64,000 nt of DNA, taken from the IMG/VR virus record IMGVR_UViG_2974532474_000001, positions 4,763 through 68,762 of that record; one strand, given 5' to 3'. How positions within the stretch are numbered: the first letter of the stretch is position 1; the number at the start of each line of letters is the position of its first letter. This stretch comes from a virus (Duplodnaviria > Caudoviricetes). This document shows, piece by piece, positions 25,891-35,635 of this stretch. Made by a program: the position numbers and the translations under genes. Below the pieces are notes generated by a model. That model made no database searches. It was not told the DNA's origin and saw only the letters and a program-made list of their open reading frames with translations.

Positions 25891-27004
25891 CGTACCCGAA
25901 TACGAGGCGTTGAACCTACTCAACTACGGCACCGAACCTGACCTTGTGGCGGCGGCGACGGCCTACGCCATGGCTGCGCTGCCGGAATGGCAGCCCCGCG
26001 CCGGTAACACCGAAATGGTGTTGATGGAGTCCCTAGCGGTGATGCTGGGGCCGGAAATCCTGGCTATTCAGATGTTGCCCGGGCAGATCGTGGAACAGTT
26101 GATGAAGCTCTACGGCGTGGCCCGGAACCCCGGCGCGCCTGTCATTGGCCGGGTTCAGTTCACGGTGACCAACAGTTCCCCGACGCAGACCATCCCGGCT
26201 GGCACCCGGCTGCGGCTGCCTATTGCTGGCACGGGCGAAACGGTGGATTTCTTCACTAAAGATGAGCTCCAAATCATCACGTCTGAAAGCTCCACCGGGC
26301 AAGTGGACATTTACGCCGAATACCTTGGAACGGTGGGCAACGCCACCCCGGCTGGCACAAGCTTGGACGTGGTGGACACGCTTTCCTTTGTTGAGGGCGT
26401 TGTCACCGTGGGTGTGCTGTCCGGTGGGCTGGGTCTTGAGGCTGACCAAGAGTTCCAGGGCCGCGCCTCCGCGACGCTCGCGCGCTTGACTTCCACCCTT
26501 GTGCTGCCGGAATCGTTCCAGTTCGCTGCCGCGTCACGCCCGGAAGTGGGCCGCGCCAAGGTCTTTGACCTCTACAACCCCGCCCAACCGCTGGTGAACC
26601 CCGCCGTGGGCTTTGTGACCGTGGCTCTTGCGGACGCCAACGGCGCCGCGCTGCCCGGGTCTGTCACCTCAGAGATTGCAAGCTGGTTGGCCGGTCAGGC
26701 GCTCGCGTCGCTCAAGGTCAGTGTCATTGACCCCACCTTTACGACGGTCAACGTCACCGTGAGCGTCAAGGCGTCGCCCGGGTTCACCACGGCGCAAGTA
26801 CAGGCGAACGTCACCGCCGCCCTGTCTGCATGGCTGAACCCCAAGACGTGGGACTGGAACCCGGTAGTGGGCCAATACGCAATTGTTGCGAAGGTGGCGG
26901 CGGCTGCCGGGGTAGCTGAGGTCACCAGCGCCCCGGCCAACATTGCCCTTGCTGGCAAGGCGCCGCTGCCCACCTTGGGCACTGTAACCGTGAACGTGGT
27001 CTAA
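25883..27004 (+). CDS. Baseplate J-like protein
   Basis: TIPAGTRL...GNATPAG...SGGLGLEADQEFQGR...V.VAL pattern. Confidence 0.9.
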   Translation: MADVPEYEALNLLNYGTEPDLVAAATAYAMAALPEWQPRAGNTEMVLMESLAVMLGPEILAIQMLPGQIVEQLMKLYGVARNPGAPVIGRVQFTVTNSSPTQTIPAGTRLRLPIAGTGETVDFFTKDELQIITSESSTGQVDIYAEYLGTVGNATPAGTSLDVVDTLSFVEGVVTVGVLSGGLGLEADQEFQGRASATLARLTSTLVLPESFQFAAASRPEVGRAKVFDLYNPAQPLVNPAVGFVTVALADANGAALPGSVTSEIASWLAGQALASLKVSVIDPTFTTVNVTVSVKASPGFTTAQVQANVTAALSAWLNPKTWDWNPVVGQYAIVAKVAAAAGVAEVTSAPANIALAGKAPLPTLGTVTVNVV

Positions 27005-27013
27005 GGGGCTGAC

Positions 27014-28873
27014 ATGGCTATTCTGCGCAACAACAACACCAACCCGGACATGGTGGGGACGGCTGGCACTACCACCGTCCTGACCAACTTTGTGGGAAAC
27101 TCTCGCGGCCCCTCCATGACGTATTGGAACGCGTCCCCCGGAACAGGTGGCAGCGCCACGCGTGAGGCCGTCGCGGTTGGTGGCCCGGATCCGAGCATGC
27201 CCGAGGGTGGGCCGTTCATCCGGTACACCCAGACCGTGGCGAACACTGGCGGAAGCTGCGGCGCCTACTACCGGGACACCGCAGCACTGACCCCGGGTGT
27301 GGCTGGCGACACCCGCTATTGGCAAGCATGGGTTCGACCCTCAGCCACCCGGCAATTCCGTATGTCCGGTTCGTTCAAGGACAACGCCGCGGCGGACATT
27401 ACGACGGGCACCGGGGTGTTCACGACTTGCCCTGCTGGTGAGTGGACGCAACTTCCACCTCTTGCCATTACCGCCACGGGCGATTATGTGAAGCTGCAAC
27501 TTTGGCCCGTTGCTATTGGCCCGGTTGCCGCTGGTGAGACGTTCGACGTGGTGGGGTGGGTGACGCAAGCGCCGTGGCCCCTCTTTGACGGCTACACGCC
27601 CAACAATGACGAGTTCAGCACCTCATGGGTGGGCAGCGCCGGGGTGTCCCTCACGACGCTGACGGCCAACATGGTCACGGGCATGAGTAACAGCGCCGGA
27701 ACAGGCGGGGTGCTGCGTATCTGGCAGTCACTTGACGCGCCGATGAACTCAAGCCGGTCTTTGAAGTCCCTCCAAACCGTGGCAAGCACTGGCGGTTCTG
27801 CAGGTGTGATCCACCAAAGCACCGTGGGCGGCGTCGCGGGTGACGTGAAATCTGCAAGCTACTGGGTGAAGTTCAACAAAGACCGCTACGTCCGCCCTCT
27901 GTACCGGCTGCGCAACGGCTCAACCGTGGTGTCTACGGACATAACCAACAACACCGTCTTTGTCCCGGCGAACACTTGGAGTGAGCTCAAGGTTGAGGGC
28001 GTCGTCGCAAATCAGGACTTCACCAACCAGCAAGTGTGGCCATGGATTCAGGCACCCACCGGCACCCTGGACGTGGGCGACACCATGCAGTTGGCGCGGG
28101 TACTTATGGTGGACGGTGACAAGCTGCCCCCGGACGGCTGGTGGGACGGCGACGAACCCGGCAGCGGCAAATACGTGTTTGCTTGGGACGGCGCACCGAA
28201 CGCGTCCACCTCCACGCGCATGACCCGGCTGGACATTATCCACTGGTGGACTCGCATGTGGTACGGGCGTTTGCCGGCTGCCTACCAAGACATTGACGCG
28301 GTGATTCAGCCCGAAAGTGGCAGCTTCCCGCTGCTCCGGTTCATGGACGGCGCCGGTCAAGTGTCCGGGCAGATTCGGGACCTGTCAGACCTCATGATGT
28401 CCGGTAAGTTCATGGACCCCACGCAGACCCCGGACTATGCGGTGCGGTGGCTCGCGCAGCTTATGGGTGTCACGGCTGCGCAGCGTGCCATTGACGTGGC
28501 CGCGTTGCGCGCCTACATGCAAGACCTTGTTACGTCCGGGCGTCCGGCTGTGGGCACCACCCAAAGCATTGTGGATGCCACCAAGCGATTCCTGGTGGGC
28601 GAACGACAGGTAACGGTTGTGCCGTCTCCCACGACGGCCCACACCATTCTTGTGCTTGTCCGAACCGATGAAGTGCCAAGCGGTAACCTCACGACGCTGG
28701 TAAACCAGATCAGGTCCACAGGTGTTGTCCCGGCTGGGCATAACCTCGTGGCCCAATTCGCTACCGCTACGTGGGATTCATACGAGGCGGCGGTGGGTGC
28801 CAATTGGTCCACGGCTGACGCCAACCAGCCAACGTGGCGCGCGGCTGACAGCCTTGGAATCACGCTTAGCTAA
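27014..28873 (+). CDS. Baseplate wedge/tail protein (P2 gpI-like C-terminus, duplicated carbohydrate-binding-like modules)
   Basis: Two similar beta-rich repeats; LPAAYQ..D...LLRF...DP..TP...VRWLAQLMGV...GT. Confidence 0.7.
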   Translation: MAILRNNNTNPDMVGTAGTTTVLTNFVGNSRGPSMTYWNASPGTGGSATREAVAVGGPDPSMPEGGPFIRYTQTVANTGGSCGAYYRDTAALTPGVAGDTRYWQAWVRPSATRQFRMSGSFKDNAAADITTGTGVFTTCPAGEWTQLPPLAITATGDYVKLQLWPVAIGPVAAGETFDVVGWVTQAPWPLFDGYTPNNDEFSTSWVGSAGVSLTTLTANMVTGMSNSAGTGGVLRIWQSLDAPMNSSRSLKSLQTVASTGGSAGVIHQSTVGGVAGDVKSASYWVKFNKDRYVRPLYRLRNGSTVVSTDITNNTVFVPANTWSELKVEGVVANQDFTNQQVWPWIQAPTGTLDVGDTMQLARVLMVDGDKLPPDGWWDGDEPGSGKYVFAWDGAPNASTSTRMTRLDIIHWWTRMWYGRLPAAYQDIDAVIQPESGSFPLLRFMDGAGQVSGQIRDLSDLMMSGKFMDPTQTPDYAVRWLAQLMGVTAAQRAIDVAALRAYMQDLVTSGRPAVGTTQSIVDATKRFLVGERQVTVVPSPTTAHTILVLVRTDEVPSGNLTTLVNQIRSTGVVPAGHNLVAQFATATWDSYEAAVGANWSTADANQPTWRAADSLGITLS

Positions 28874-28884
28874 GTTGTAAAAAC

Positions 28885-28945
28885 TTCAACCCACCCCCTA
28901 TAGTTTCTGGGAGACCCCCGGGGCTATATTGGGGGTAGGGGTTGA
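28885..28945. repeat. Imperfect inverted repeat
   Basis: TCAACCC-ACCCCC-TATAG / CTATA-TT-GGGGGT-AG-GGGTTGA. Confidence 0.6.
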
Positions 28946-28951
28946 GGCAGC

Positions 28952-28991
28952 AAAAAGCCCCCGCACTGGGTAACCAGCGCAGGGGCTTTTT
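28952..28991. terminator. Terminator with GTAA tetraloop
   Basis: AAAAAGCCCC...CTGG GTAA CCAG...GGGGCTTTTT. Confidence 0.85.
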
Positions 28992-29093
28992 CAGTAATCG
29001 CCACAACTACTGGTGTCAGTTTATCAGTGGCACCACAAGATATGGCCCTGCACAGAATCGCCACACACAACTACACACGAAAGGCAGCAACCA

Positions 29094-29333
29094 ATGTCAA
29101 AGCTGCGAAACACCCTTGTCCGGTTCGCCCGTTGGTTCGCCGGCACGTCACCTGTTCCGGCGCCGGAACCGCCGCGGTCCAGGTTGGAAGAACTCCACGA
29201 CCAGCGGCTGCAGAACGTCTTCCAGCGTGGCATGGCTGCGTTGGAATCCCGCCCCGCCAACATGACCGACCGAGACCGTGAAATCCTTGGTCACTCCATT
29301 GCCAACATGCTGGCCCGAAACGTCGCGTCATGA
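29094..29333 (+). CDS. Hypothetical protein
   Basis: AAAGG RBS before ATG 29094. Confidence 0.7.
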   Translation: MSKLRNTLVRFARWFAGTSPVPAPEPPRSRLEELHDQRLQNVFQRGMAALESRPANMTDRDREILGHSIANMLARNVAS

Positions 29334-29557
29334 TTGTTGAGCTTGTGGGCGGTCCCGCTGACGGTGCCAAATTTGAAATCAAGGACGATAGCACTCTGGG
29401 GCTGCAAATCCCGTGCACCGTGGTAACTGACAACCCGGATTTGCAGTCGCGCCAAATCGGCCCGGGCTTCCCTTGCGTGGCCGTGTACGCCCACTTTCAG
29501 ACCCTACCCAGCGGCACCCGTGTTTTCCGGCTGTCCGGGATCCACAGCAAAGCATGA
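29330..29557 (+). CDS. Hypothetical protein (LVGGPADG motif)
   Basis: ATGA overlaps at both ends. Confidence 0.7.
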   Translation: MIVELVGGPADGAKFEIKDDSTLGLQIPCTVVTDNPDLQSRQIGPGFPCVAVYAHFQTLPSGTRVFRLSGIHSKA

Positions 29558-30966
29558 TCACCCGGGGCAGCGAGGTGGTCCGCAAGGGGCACCACAAACT
29601 TGGCAAGGTGCTGGGGCTTGTCCCGGGCGGCTATGAGGTCATGTGGTCCGGGTCCAAGGCCATTACCTATGAAGACGAACTAACCATTGAATTGCGATTT
29701 CCCGACGACGAAAGAGAACCCATGGAAAGCATGAAAGTCATTGCCCTGCAAGCCGAGAACGTCAAGCGTCTGCGAGCCGTGAACATCGGTTTTGACGGCA
29801 CTTTGCAGGTTATTGGCGGTGACAACGGCGAGGGTAAGTCCTCAGTCTTGGATGCCATTTGGCTGGCCCTTGGTGGCCGTCAGGCCGTCAGCGAAACGCA
29901 GACCACCCGGCCCATTCACGACGGCGAAACGGTGGCCGTCGCCACGGTGGACCTTGGGGAAATCATCGTGACCCGGACGTGGAAGGAAGGCAAAACCCCC
30001 ACGGTCAAGGTCACCACCCCGGAAGGGGCAGAACACAAGTCACCCCAAGCGATCTTGGACGCCCTCACGTCCAAGGTGGGCATTGACCCGCTCGCGTTCA
30101 CTCTGCTGTCCTCCAAGGACCAGATGAAGCAACTCTTGGAACTGGTGGAACTGCCCTTTGACCCGGCAAAGCTGGACGACGATTATTCCGAGGCGTTCAC
30201 CGAACGCACTGCGGTGAACCGTCGCGTGGCCGAGGTGGAAGCGCAGTTGAAGAACTACCCGGCCCCGGCTGACGACCTCCCGGAACAAGAGATCGACGTC
30301 GCGGACTTGGTGGACGCGCTGCGTCGTATTGATTCGATCAACGCCGCCGTGATCCGGGCCAATGAGAACCTGACCGAGGCCGTGGCTAACGTCCAGTATT
30401 ACGAGGAAAAGCTGGAAGCTGCCCGGGCTGCTCAATCCGCTGCGCAAGTGGCCCGGGCGGACGCCCACAACCTTGCGGCGGCGTCCCCCAACGCTGACGA
30501 ATTGCGCGCCAAGCTGGACGGCGTGGGAGAAACGAACAAGGCCGTGCGAACCGAGGCCGAACGTCAGCGGGGCATTGCGCTGCTGGCCAACGTCAAGGCC
30601 AAAGCGGCTGGACTCACGGCGAAGCTTGAAGCGATCAAGGACACCCGGGCAGCCGGGTTGGCGGCGGCGAACTGGCCCATTGAGAACCTGGGTTTTGACG
30701 CTGACGGGCTGACCTACAACGGCGTGCCGTTCAATCAGGCTTCCAGTGCCGAACAGATCAGGGTGAGCATGGCCATGGCCATGGCGGCAAGCCCCAAGCT
30801 CAAGACCCTGTTCATTCGGGACGGCTCGCTGTTGGACGGCAAGAACATGGCACTTGTGGCCGAACTGGCAGCCGCCCAAGGCTTCCAAGTGATCATGGAA
30901 CGCGTGGGCGACCATGACAAGGGCGCAATCATCATTGAAGACGGAACAGTAAAGGCAGCATCCTAA
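29554..30966 (+). CDS. Rad50/SbcC-like coiled-coil ABC ATPase
   Basis: Walker A GDNGEGKSS, long coiled coil, SSAEQ signature, LFIRDGSLLD. Start may instead be at MESMKV. Confidence 0.85.
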   Translation: MITRGSEVVRKGHHKLGKVLGLVPGGYEVMWSGSKAITYEDELTIELRFPDDEREPMESMKVIALQAENVKRLRAVNIGFDGTLQVIGGDNGEGKSSVLDAIWLALGGRQAVSETQTTRPIHDGETVAVATVDLGEIIVTRTWKEGKTPTVKVTTPEGAEHKSPQAILDALTSKVGIDPLAFTLLSSKDQMKQLLELVELPFDPAKLDDDYSEAFTERTAVNRRVAEVEAQLKNYPAPADDLPEQEIDVADLVDALRRIDSINAAVIRANENLTEAVANVQYYEEKLEAARAAQSAAQVARADAHNLAAASPNADELRAKLDGVGETNKAVRTEAERQRGIALLANVKAKAAGLTAKLEAIKDTRAAGLAAANWPIENLGFDADGLTYNGVPFNQASSAEQIRVSMAMAMAASPKLKTLFIRDGSLLDGKNMALVAELAAAQGFQVIMERVGDHDKGAIIIEDGTVKAAS

Positions 30967-30968
30967 AA

Positions 30969-31223
30969 ATGACACTCAAAGTTGACCCGGGCGAGGCCAA
31001 GCGGTTGCTATCCGCTGTGACCAAGGGAACAGCGCGCAGCACCCGGCTGCGTGGCATAGCGGAACGGCGCTACAAGCGAGACCTTGCCCGGGCCAACGAA
31101 CCCCGCCGCTTGGCGGTGCTGGCAGCCAAGGAAGCTGGCATAAAGGGCACGGACATTGCCGCCGCTGCTGGCGTGTCCGTGGCCCGTCTTTACCAGATAC
31201 TTGAGGGCGCTCAAGACGCGTAA
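30969..31223 (+). CDS. Small HTH DNA-binding protein
   Basis: GIKGTDIAAAAGVSVARLYQIL. Confidence 0.75.
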   Translation: MTLKVDPGEAKRLLSAVTKGTARSTRLRGIAERRYKRDLARANEPRRLAVLAAKEAGIKGTDIAAAAGVSVARLYQILEGAQDA

Positions 31224-31240
31224 ACCATCAAGGGGGGGAC

Positions 31241-31270
31241 TTGGTAAATGTCGCCCCTTTGCACTACTGT
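31241..31270 (+). promoter_or_regulatory. Possible SigA-type promoter TTGGTA-N18-TACTGT
   Basis: Intergenic, upstream of the recombination operon. Confidence 0.5.
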
Positions 31271-31308
31271 GAAAACCGTTCCACCAATCGCCACAAACTA
31301 CTGAGGAA

Positions 31309-31671
31309 GTGATCCCGCTGGACATTATCCAAGCCGCTCACGCACTACCTGTTTTGACTCGCGAACAGGGCACCGCTGTTGTCCTGGCATGTCTCCGCAT
31401 GACCTATGAAGAGCTCCCGGCAGATGCCGACATGGGGCAGACCGTCCGGGCGTTGGCTCTCATGCTCCGGGGTGACGTTTCGGAACGCGATTTTGAGGAA
31501 GTATGGGCTTTGTGGCTGCTGCGCACGCAGATAGCTGACCCCATGGGTGACCTTGAGTGGTTGCTGGACCTTCCGAACACCGAGGCCAACCGGGAACGCG
31601 AGGTGGTCAACGCTGAGGGCAACCTCATGGCCGCTATTAACGCCATGTTGGACAAGGCGGGTTGCAAGTGA
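31309..31671 (+). CDS. Hypothetical protein
   Basis: GAGG RBS with GTG start. Confidence 0.7.
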   Translation: MIPLDIIQAAHALPVLTREQGTAVVLACLRMTYEELPADADMGQTVRALALMLRGDVSERDFEEVWALWLLRTQIADPMGDLEWLLDLPNTEANREREVVNAEGNLMAAINAMLDKAGCK

Positions 31672-32621
31672 CCGCCGTTGCCGAGTCCACGCAGTACGTC
31701 GACCACTCCATCCCCGGCCACGCCCCCGGTAGCGCCGAATGGGTGAAGTTCATGACGGCCTCAAAAATCGCGGCAATCATGGGCCACAGCACTTATGACA
31801 GCTATTTCAGCATGTGGCACCGCATGGCCGGGAACATTGACCCGGACGCTGCCAGCGAGGAAGCCCTGCGCGGCCACTACCTTGAGCCGTCCATTTCCAA
31901 CTGGTTTGGCGACCAAATGCCCGGGTATGAACTGCTGCCCACGGGCATGTGGGTGGCCAAGGACAACCCCCGCTTTGCCGCCACCCCTGACCGCTTCATG
32001 GTCCCGAAAAATCCGGGCATGGCGCTGTCTTTAGGTGAGGTCAAAAGCTCCAATAACGATTGGGAGTGGGGGGTGGAGGACACCGAGGAAGTGCCCTTGC
32101 CCTACTACGATCAGACGCAGTGGCAAATGCGTTGCATCCGAACGTACTACCCGGAAATTGAGGGCGTGCACGTTCCCGTGCTGACCACCGGGCTGAACTT
32201 CGCCAAGTATTACGTCCCGTGGGATCCCGACTACGTGGAAATCCTGGAATCCCGGGCAACCGAGTTCATGGACAAGCTGGAAGCCGGGGAATCCCCCAGC
32301 ATTGACCCCATGGACGGGCACCTGCAGACGTACACGGCCATTAGGAAGTTGCACCCGGACATTGAGGGGCGAGCCGTGGACCTGACCGACGACGAGGCGC
32401 GCCCGTTCTTTGAATCCCACGCAGAGGACAAGGAACTTGCCCTGCGATTGCAAGCCGCCAAAAGCGTCATTGCCGCCAAGATGGGCAACGCCCAAACGGC
32501 CAAATGGCGTGGCCGTAAGATTTTCACCCGCATGTCCAAACAAGGCGGGACACCCTACCTGACCGCAGCCCGTGGACTGGCCACCGCTGACCTACTCCTA
32601 GAAATGGAAACCAACGCATGA
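31668..32621 (+). CDS. YqaJ/RecE-like exonuclease
   Basis: TASKIAAIMG, RGHYLEP, ATPD, GEVKS, YYDQTQWQM. Confidence 0.9.
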   Translation: MTAVAESTQYVDHSIPGHAPGSAEWVKFMTASKIAAIMGHSTYDSYFSMWHRMAGNIDPDAASEEALRGHYLEPSISNWFGDQMPGYELLPTGMWVAKDNPRFAATPDRFMVPKNPGMALSLGEVKSSNNDWEWGVEDTEEVPLPYYDQTQWQMRCIRTYYPEIEGVHVPVLTTGLNFAKYYVPWDPDYVEILESRATEFMDKLEAGESPSIDPMDGHLQTYTAIRKLHPDIEGRAVDLTDDEARPFFESHAEDKELALRLQAAKSVIAAKMGNAQTAKWRGRKIFTRMSKQGGTPYLTAARGLATADLLLEMETNA

Positions 32622-33565
32622 CCAACGCAGCCCAAGAACGCGCCCTCGTACTGCAAGACCAAGTTCGTGGCCTCCTGTTGCACCACCGCCGCCAACTGAC
32701 CAGCACGCTGCCGTCCCACCTCAAGGACAAGGGCGACGCGTGGCTGTCCGGGGCACTGGCTGCCCTGCAACGTGACCCCAAGCTTGCGACCGCAGCCCTC
32801 AACGCACCACACACCCTTGTTTCGGCGCTGTCCGAGGCAGCCCAAAAGGGTCTGAACCCGGGAACCCCGGAATACTACCTGACCCCGCGCCGGAACAAGG
32901 GGCAGGACGAAATCCTTGGAATCACGGGCTACCAAGGGGAAATTGAGCTCATTTTCCGGGCCGGGGCCGTGGCCACCATCGTGGCTGAGGTTGTCCACGA
33001 AAACGACACCTACACCTATGTGCGAGGCGTCCAGGACCGGCCCGTCCATGAAATCCCCGGGGGCAACTTCGGGGCCATGGCGAACCGGGGCAAAATGGTG
33101 GGCGTCTATGCGTACTGCATCATGAAGGACGGCAGCGTTTCCCGCATCGTTGAACACGGCGCGGACCATATCGCCAAGGTGAAGGCTGAGGCCCAAGGCG
33201 CTAACGGCGACTATTCCCCATGGAAAAAGTGGGAAGACCAGATGTGGCTCAAGACCGCCGTCCACAGTCTCAGCAAGTGGGTGCCCACGTCCGCCGAGTA
33301 CATCAGGGAACAGCACCGCGCCGTGGCCGTTGGGGCAGCTACCGCCGTCCCGGATGCCGCCAAGGCCAACGCCGGGGGCGCGCCAACAGGCGACACGCCC
33401 CGCCCCGCCCCGTCCAATATCAACGACAACCCCAACCCGGGTGCAGAATTTGAAGACCTTGGGGAAAACCAGACTGTCGAAACCTCCACTGGCGAGACTT
33501 TCGGGGACGACCCAACCGCTGCGTCTTGGGGTCTTGGGGATCCCGCCCCGCAGCAACAGAACTAA
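32618..33565 (+). CDS. recT: RecT-like single-strand annealing protein
   Basis: GLNP...YYLTPR...ITGYQGEIELIFRAG...VVHEND...M.LKTAV; follows the exonuclease. Confidence 0.9.
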   Translation: MTNAAQERALVLQDQVRGLLLHHRRQLTSTLPSHLKDKGDAWLSGALAALQRDPKLATAALNAPHTLVSALSEAAQKGLNPGTPEYYLTPRRNKGQDEILGITGYQGEIELIFRAGAVATIVAEVVHENDTYTYVRGVQDRPVHEIPGGNFGAMANRGKMVGVYAYCIMKDGSVSRIVEHGADHIAKVKAEAQGANGDYSPWKKWEDQMWLKTAVHSLSKWVPTSAEYIREQHRAVAVGAATAVPDAAKANAGGAPTGDTPRPAPSNINDNPNPGAEFEDLGENQTVETSTGETFGDDPTAASWGLGDPAPQQQN

Positions 33566-33599
33566 GTAACGCCACAACGAACAAAGGAACAGCATTAAA

Positions 33600-33752
33600 A
33601 TGTCTGGGGTAGAGAATCACCTGTTTGCCGGGGTCCGGGACTCCCGCACTTGGCCACGACACAAGCGCAAGGCCGTCAGCCGCAAGGCAGCCCGTAAGGC
33701 CATTGCCCGGGCAGCGCAAGCAAAGCGCGACGCGATCAGGGGTGATCGGTAG
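33600..33752 (+). CDS. 50 aa basic micro-ORF (MSGVENHLF...)
   Basis: Hand-translated; AAAGGA RBS. Confidence 0.6.
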   Translation: MSGVENHLFAGVRDSRTWPRHKRKAVSRKAARKAIARAAQAKRDAIRGDR

Positions 33753-33754
33753 CC

Positions 33755-34003
33755 ATGGCATCAAGTCTGGGGACTATTCAGGACATTCACAAGCAACTGA
33801 CCCTTGGGGGGTCCGTTCGTGTTGTGGCTACGTCCAAGCCGCTGCGCATTGCCGACAATGCGTTCCTCAAGTGCTGCAACCGCTGCGGCAACACCTATGA
33901 GACGGCGACCCGCCGGCAGCCCGTCATGAGGTTGTGCGAGGACTGCAAGTATGTGCTGAGTCCGCAGGAACGGCGCACGTACATGGTCAGGGCGAAGAAA
34001 TGA
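33755..34003 (+). CDS. Zn-finger protein
   Basis: CNRC...LCEDCK. Confidence 0.65.
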   Translation: MASSLGTIQDIHKQLTLGGSVRVVATSKPLRIADNAFLKCCNRCGNTYETATRRQPVMRLCEDCKYVLSPQERRTYMVRAKK

Positions 34004-34332
34004 ACGAGCCAACAGGACCACGGGAAGAAAAGCCCGTTTGGCGCGACGGCGGACCTCACAGCGTCAAGGGGGTGGCGTTCCAGGACCAAGAGACTGGCGA
34101 CGCTATCAAAGCTGCATACCTTGGGGCCATGGAGAATATCCGGGAACTCATGGAGCGCCGGGAAGAGCTCACGGAAAAGGTGACGCCCATGTACGGGCGC
34201 ACCGAGTACACGCTGAACTATGAGGCGTGCGCGAACCTTTCCGACATTGAGAAAGTGGCTTTGGCCTACGGCGGCATACCCCCGTTTGGTGGGAGTGTGC
34301 GAGGCATCCGGGTGACCGTCTTCAACGACTGA
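34000..34332 (+). CDS. Hypothetical protein
   Basis: ATGA overlap. Confidence 0.65.
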   Translation: MNEPTGPREEKPVWRDGGPHSVKGVAFQDQETGDAIKAAYLGAMENIRELMERREELTEKVTPMYGRTEYTLNYEACANLSDIEKVALAYGGIPPFGGSVRGIRVTVFND

Positions 34333-34398
34333 CCCCGCTTTACCTCTCACCACATCACCAGACCGCCGCACGACACAGACACCACCAAGGGGGACTTC

Positions 34399-34929
34399 AT
34401 GACGACTAAGCACGCCGTGAAGTCCCCCACTGTGTCGCGCCCACGCTCGCTCAATAGCGGGGGAAAGACGCCGCCAATGTCAGGCAAGGACACACGCGCC
34501 TACATCACAGTGACCAATGAACTGTTTGACCACCCCAAGTTCAAGCGAATTCGGGATCCTTGGGCACGGTTGCACCTCATTGAACTGTGGACCTACTGCA
34601 ACAGGTACAAGACCGATGGAGTGATTGACGAGGACGCCCTCATGGAAAAGGGCGACAACGTGGGCGAGGAACTGCTAAAGCGGGGATGGGTCCACGGGCC
34701 GGATGCAGACGGCAATTACCAGATGCACGACTACCTCAAGCACCAGAAATCCAAGGCCGAGATTGAGGGACTGACCCGGCAAAGGACAGTGGCCGCGGGT
34801 TACGGAAACCACAAGCGCTGGCATGAAGCGAACGAGGTTTTCGAGGCTTCATGCGGTTACTGCACGGGCGAACTTGAGCCACCCAAAGCCAGGACGCGCA
34901 AAACCAGCGTTGGCCCTCATTCCAGCTAA
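34399..34929 (+). CDS. Replication initiator-like protein (N-terminal winged-helix type)
   Basis: YITVTNELFDHPKF...LWTYCNRYKTDGVI...YQMHDYLKHQ; followed by an iteron array. Confidence 0.65.
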   Translation: MTTKHAVKSPTVSRPRSLNSGGKTPPMSGKDTRAYITVTNELFDHPKFKRIRDPWARLHLIELWTYCNRYKTDGVIDEDALMEKGDNVGEELLKRGWVHGPDADGNYQMHDYLKHQKSKAEIEGLTRQRTVAAGYGNHKRWHEANEVFEASCGYCTGELEPPKARTRKTSVGPHSS

Positions 34930-35009
34930 CACACAGCTAATCCCACGCAACGCACAGGAAACTCACAGCGACATTTTGAGGGTCAAAAACCCCTAGAATC
35001 CGCCGATCT

Positions 35010-35136
35010 ATCACAAGTGCGATCACAAACGCGATCACAAGTGTGATCACAAAACGATCGCAAACGTATCGCAAAACCGTCGCACCATAACCAGAACCAG
35101 AACCACAACCAGAACCACAACCAGAACCACAACCAA
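35010..35136 (+). repeat. Iteron-like array, putative replication origin
   Basis: ATC(A/G)CAA-type units at 11-12 bp period from 35010 to about 35085, then eight AACCA(G/C/A) hexamers at 35089-35136. Confidence 0.75.
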
Positions 35137-35248
35137 CAAAACAGTGCGGGTCACCAAACGCTGTTGTAGAGGTGCTGGGGAAATTCAAAACGTCCAGTAA
35201 GTTAACGCGCGAGCCAAGCGCAGACCACCACACGAAAGGACCACCGCA

Positions 35249-35635
35249 ATGCCCGACCTGAACAACGCGGCCATAGCCCTCCTAGCCGCCGCATCCTGGG
35301 CCACCGCAGAAACCCACACCACCTCACAAGTGCTGGACGACGCTACACACTTCCGAAGCTGGCTAGACGAACAGGACGCCAACTATCAGGCATCCCAACG
35401 CATCAAGTGCCCCACCTGTTCCGCAGCCCCCGGCAACGTCTGCCGCGACCAATGGAACGGCGTAAGGAACATGCCCCACCCCGACAGGATCAACGCAGCC
35501 GCAGCAACCCCAACACGCGGCCCCCTATCCGTGGCATGTGTCTACTGCAAAGTGGGAATAGGCGAGCCCTGCCAAGCGTCCAGCGGGTTCGTCATAGACG
35601 GCTTCCACACCTCACGAGAACAGGCAGCCCAATGA
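35249..35635 (+). CDS. Double Zn-finger protein
   Basis: CPTCSAAPGNVC...HPDR and CVYCKVGIGEPC...HTSR. Confidence 0.75.
   Translation: MPDLNNAAIALLAAASWATAETHTTSQVLDDATHFRSWLDEQDANYQASQRIKCPTCSAAPGNVCRDQWNGVRNMPHPDRINAAAATPTRGPLSVACVYCKVGIGEPCQASSGFVIDGFHTSREQAAQ

Noticed and set aside
31668-32621. Cas4 implying CRISPR linkage
   Set aside because: Motifs and adjacency to RecT fit a YqaJ/RecE recombination exonuclease.
32711-32720. CCGTCCCACC (also CCGTCCCCAT at 56134) resembling the late box
   Set aside because: In coding DNA, mismatch at the last positions and no -10 at the fixed spacing.
35010-35136. CRISPR array or diversity-generating retroelement
   Set aside because: Repeats are 6-12 bp without spacers; no cas genes, reverse transcriptase or template/variable repeat pair seen anywhere.
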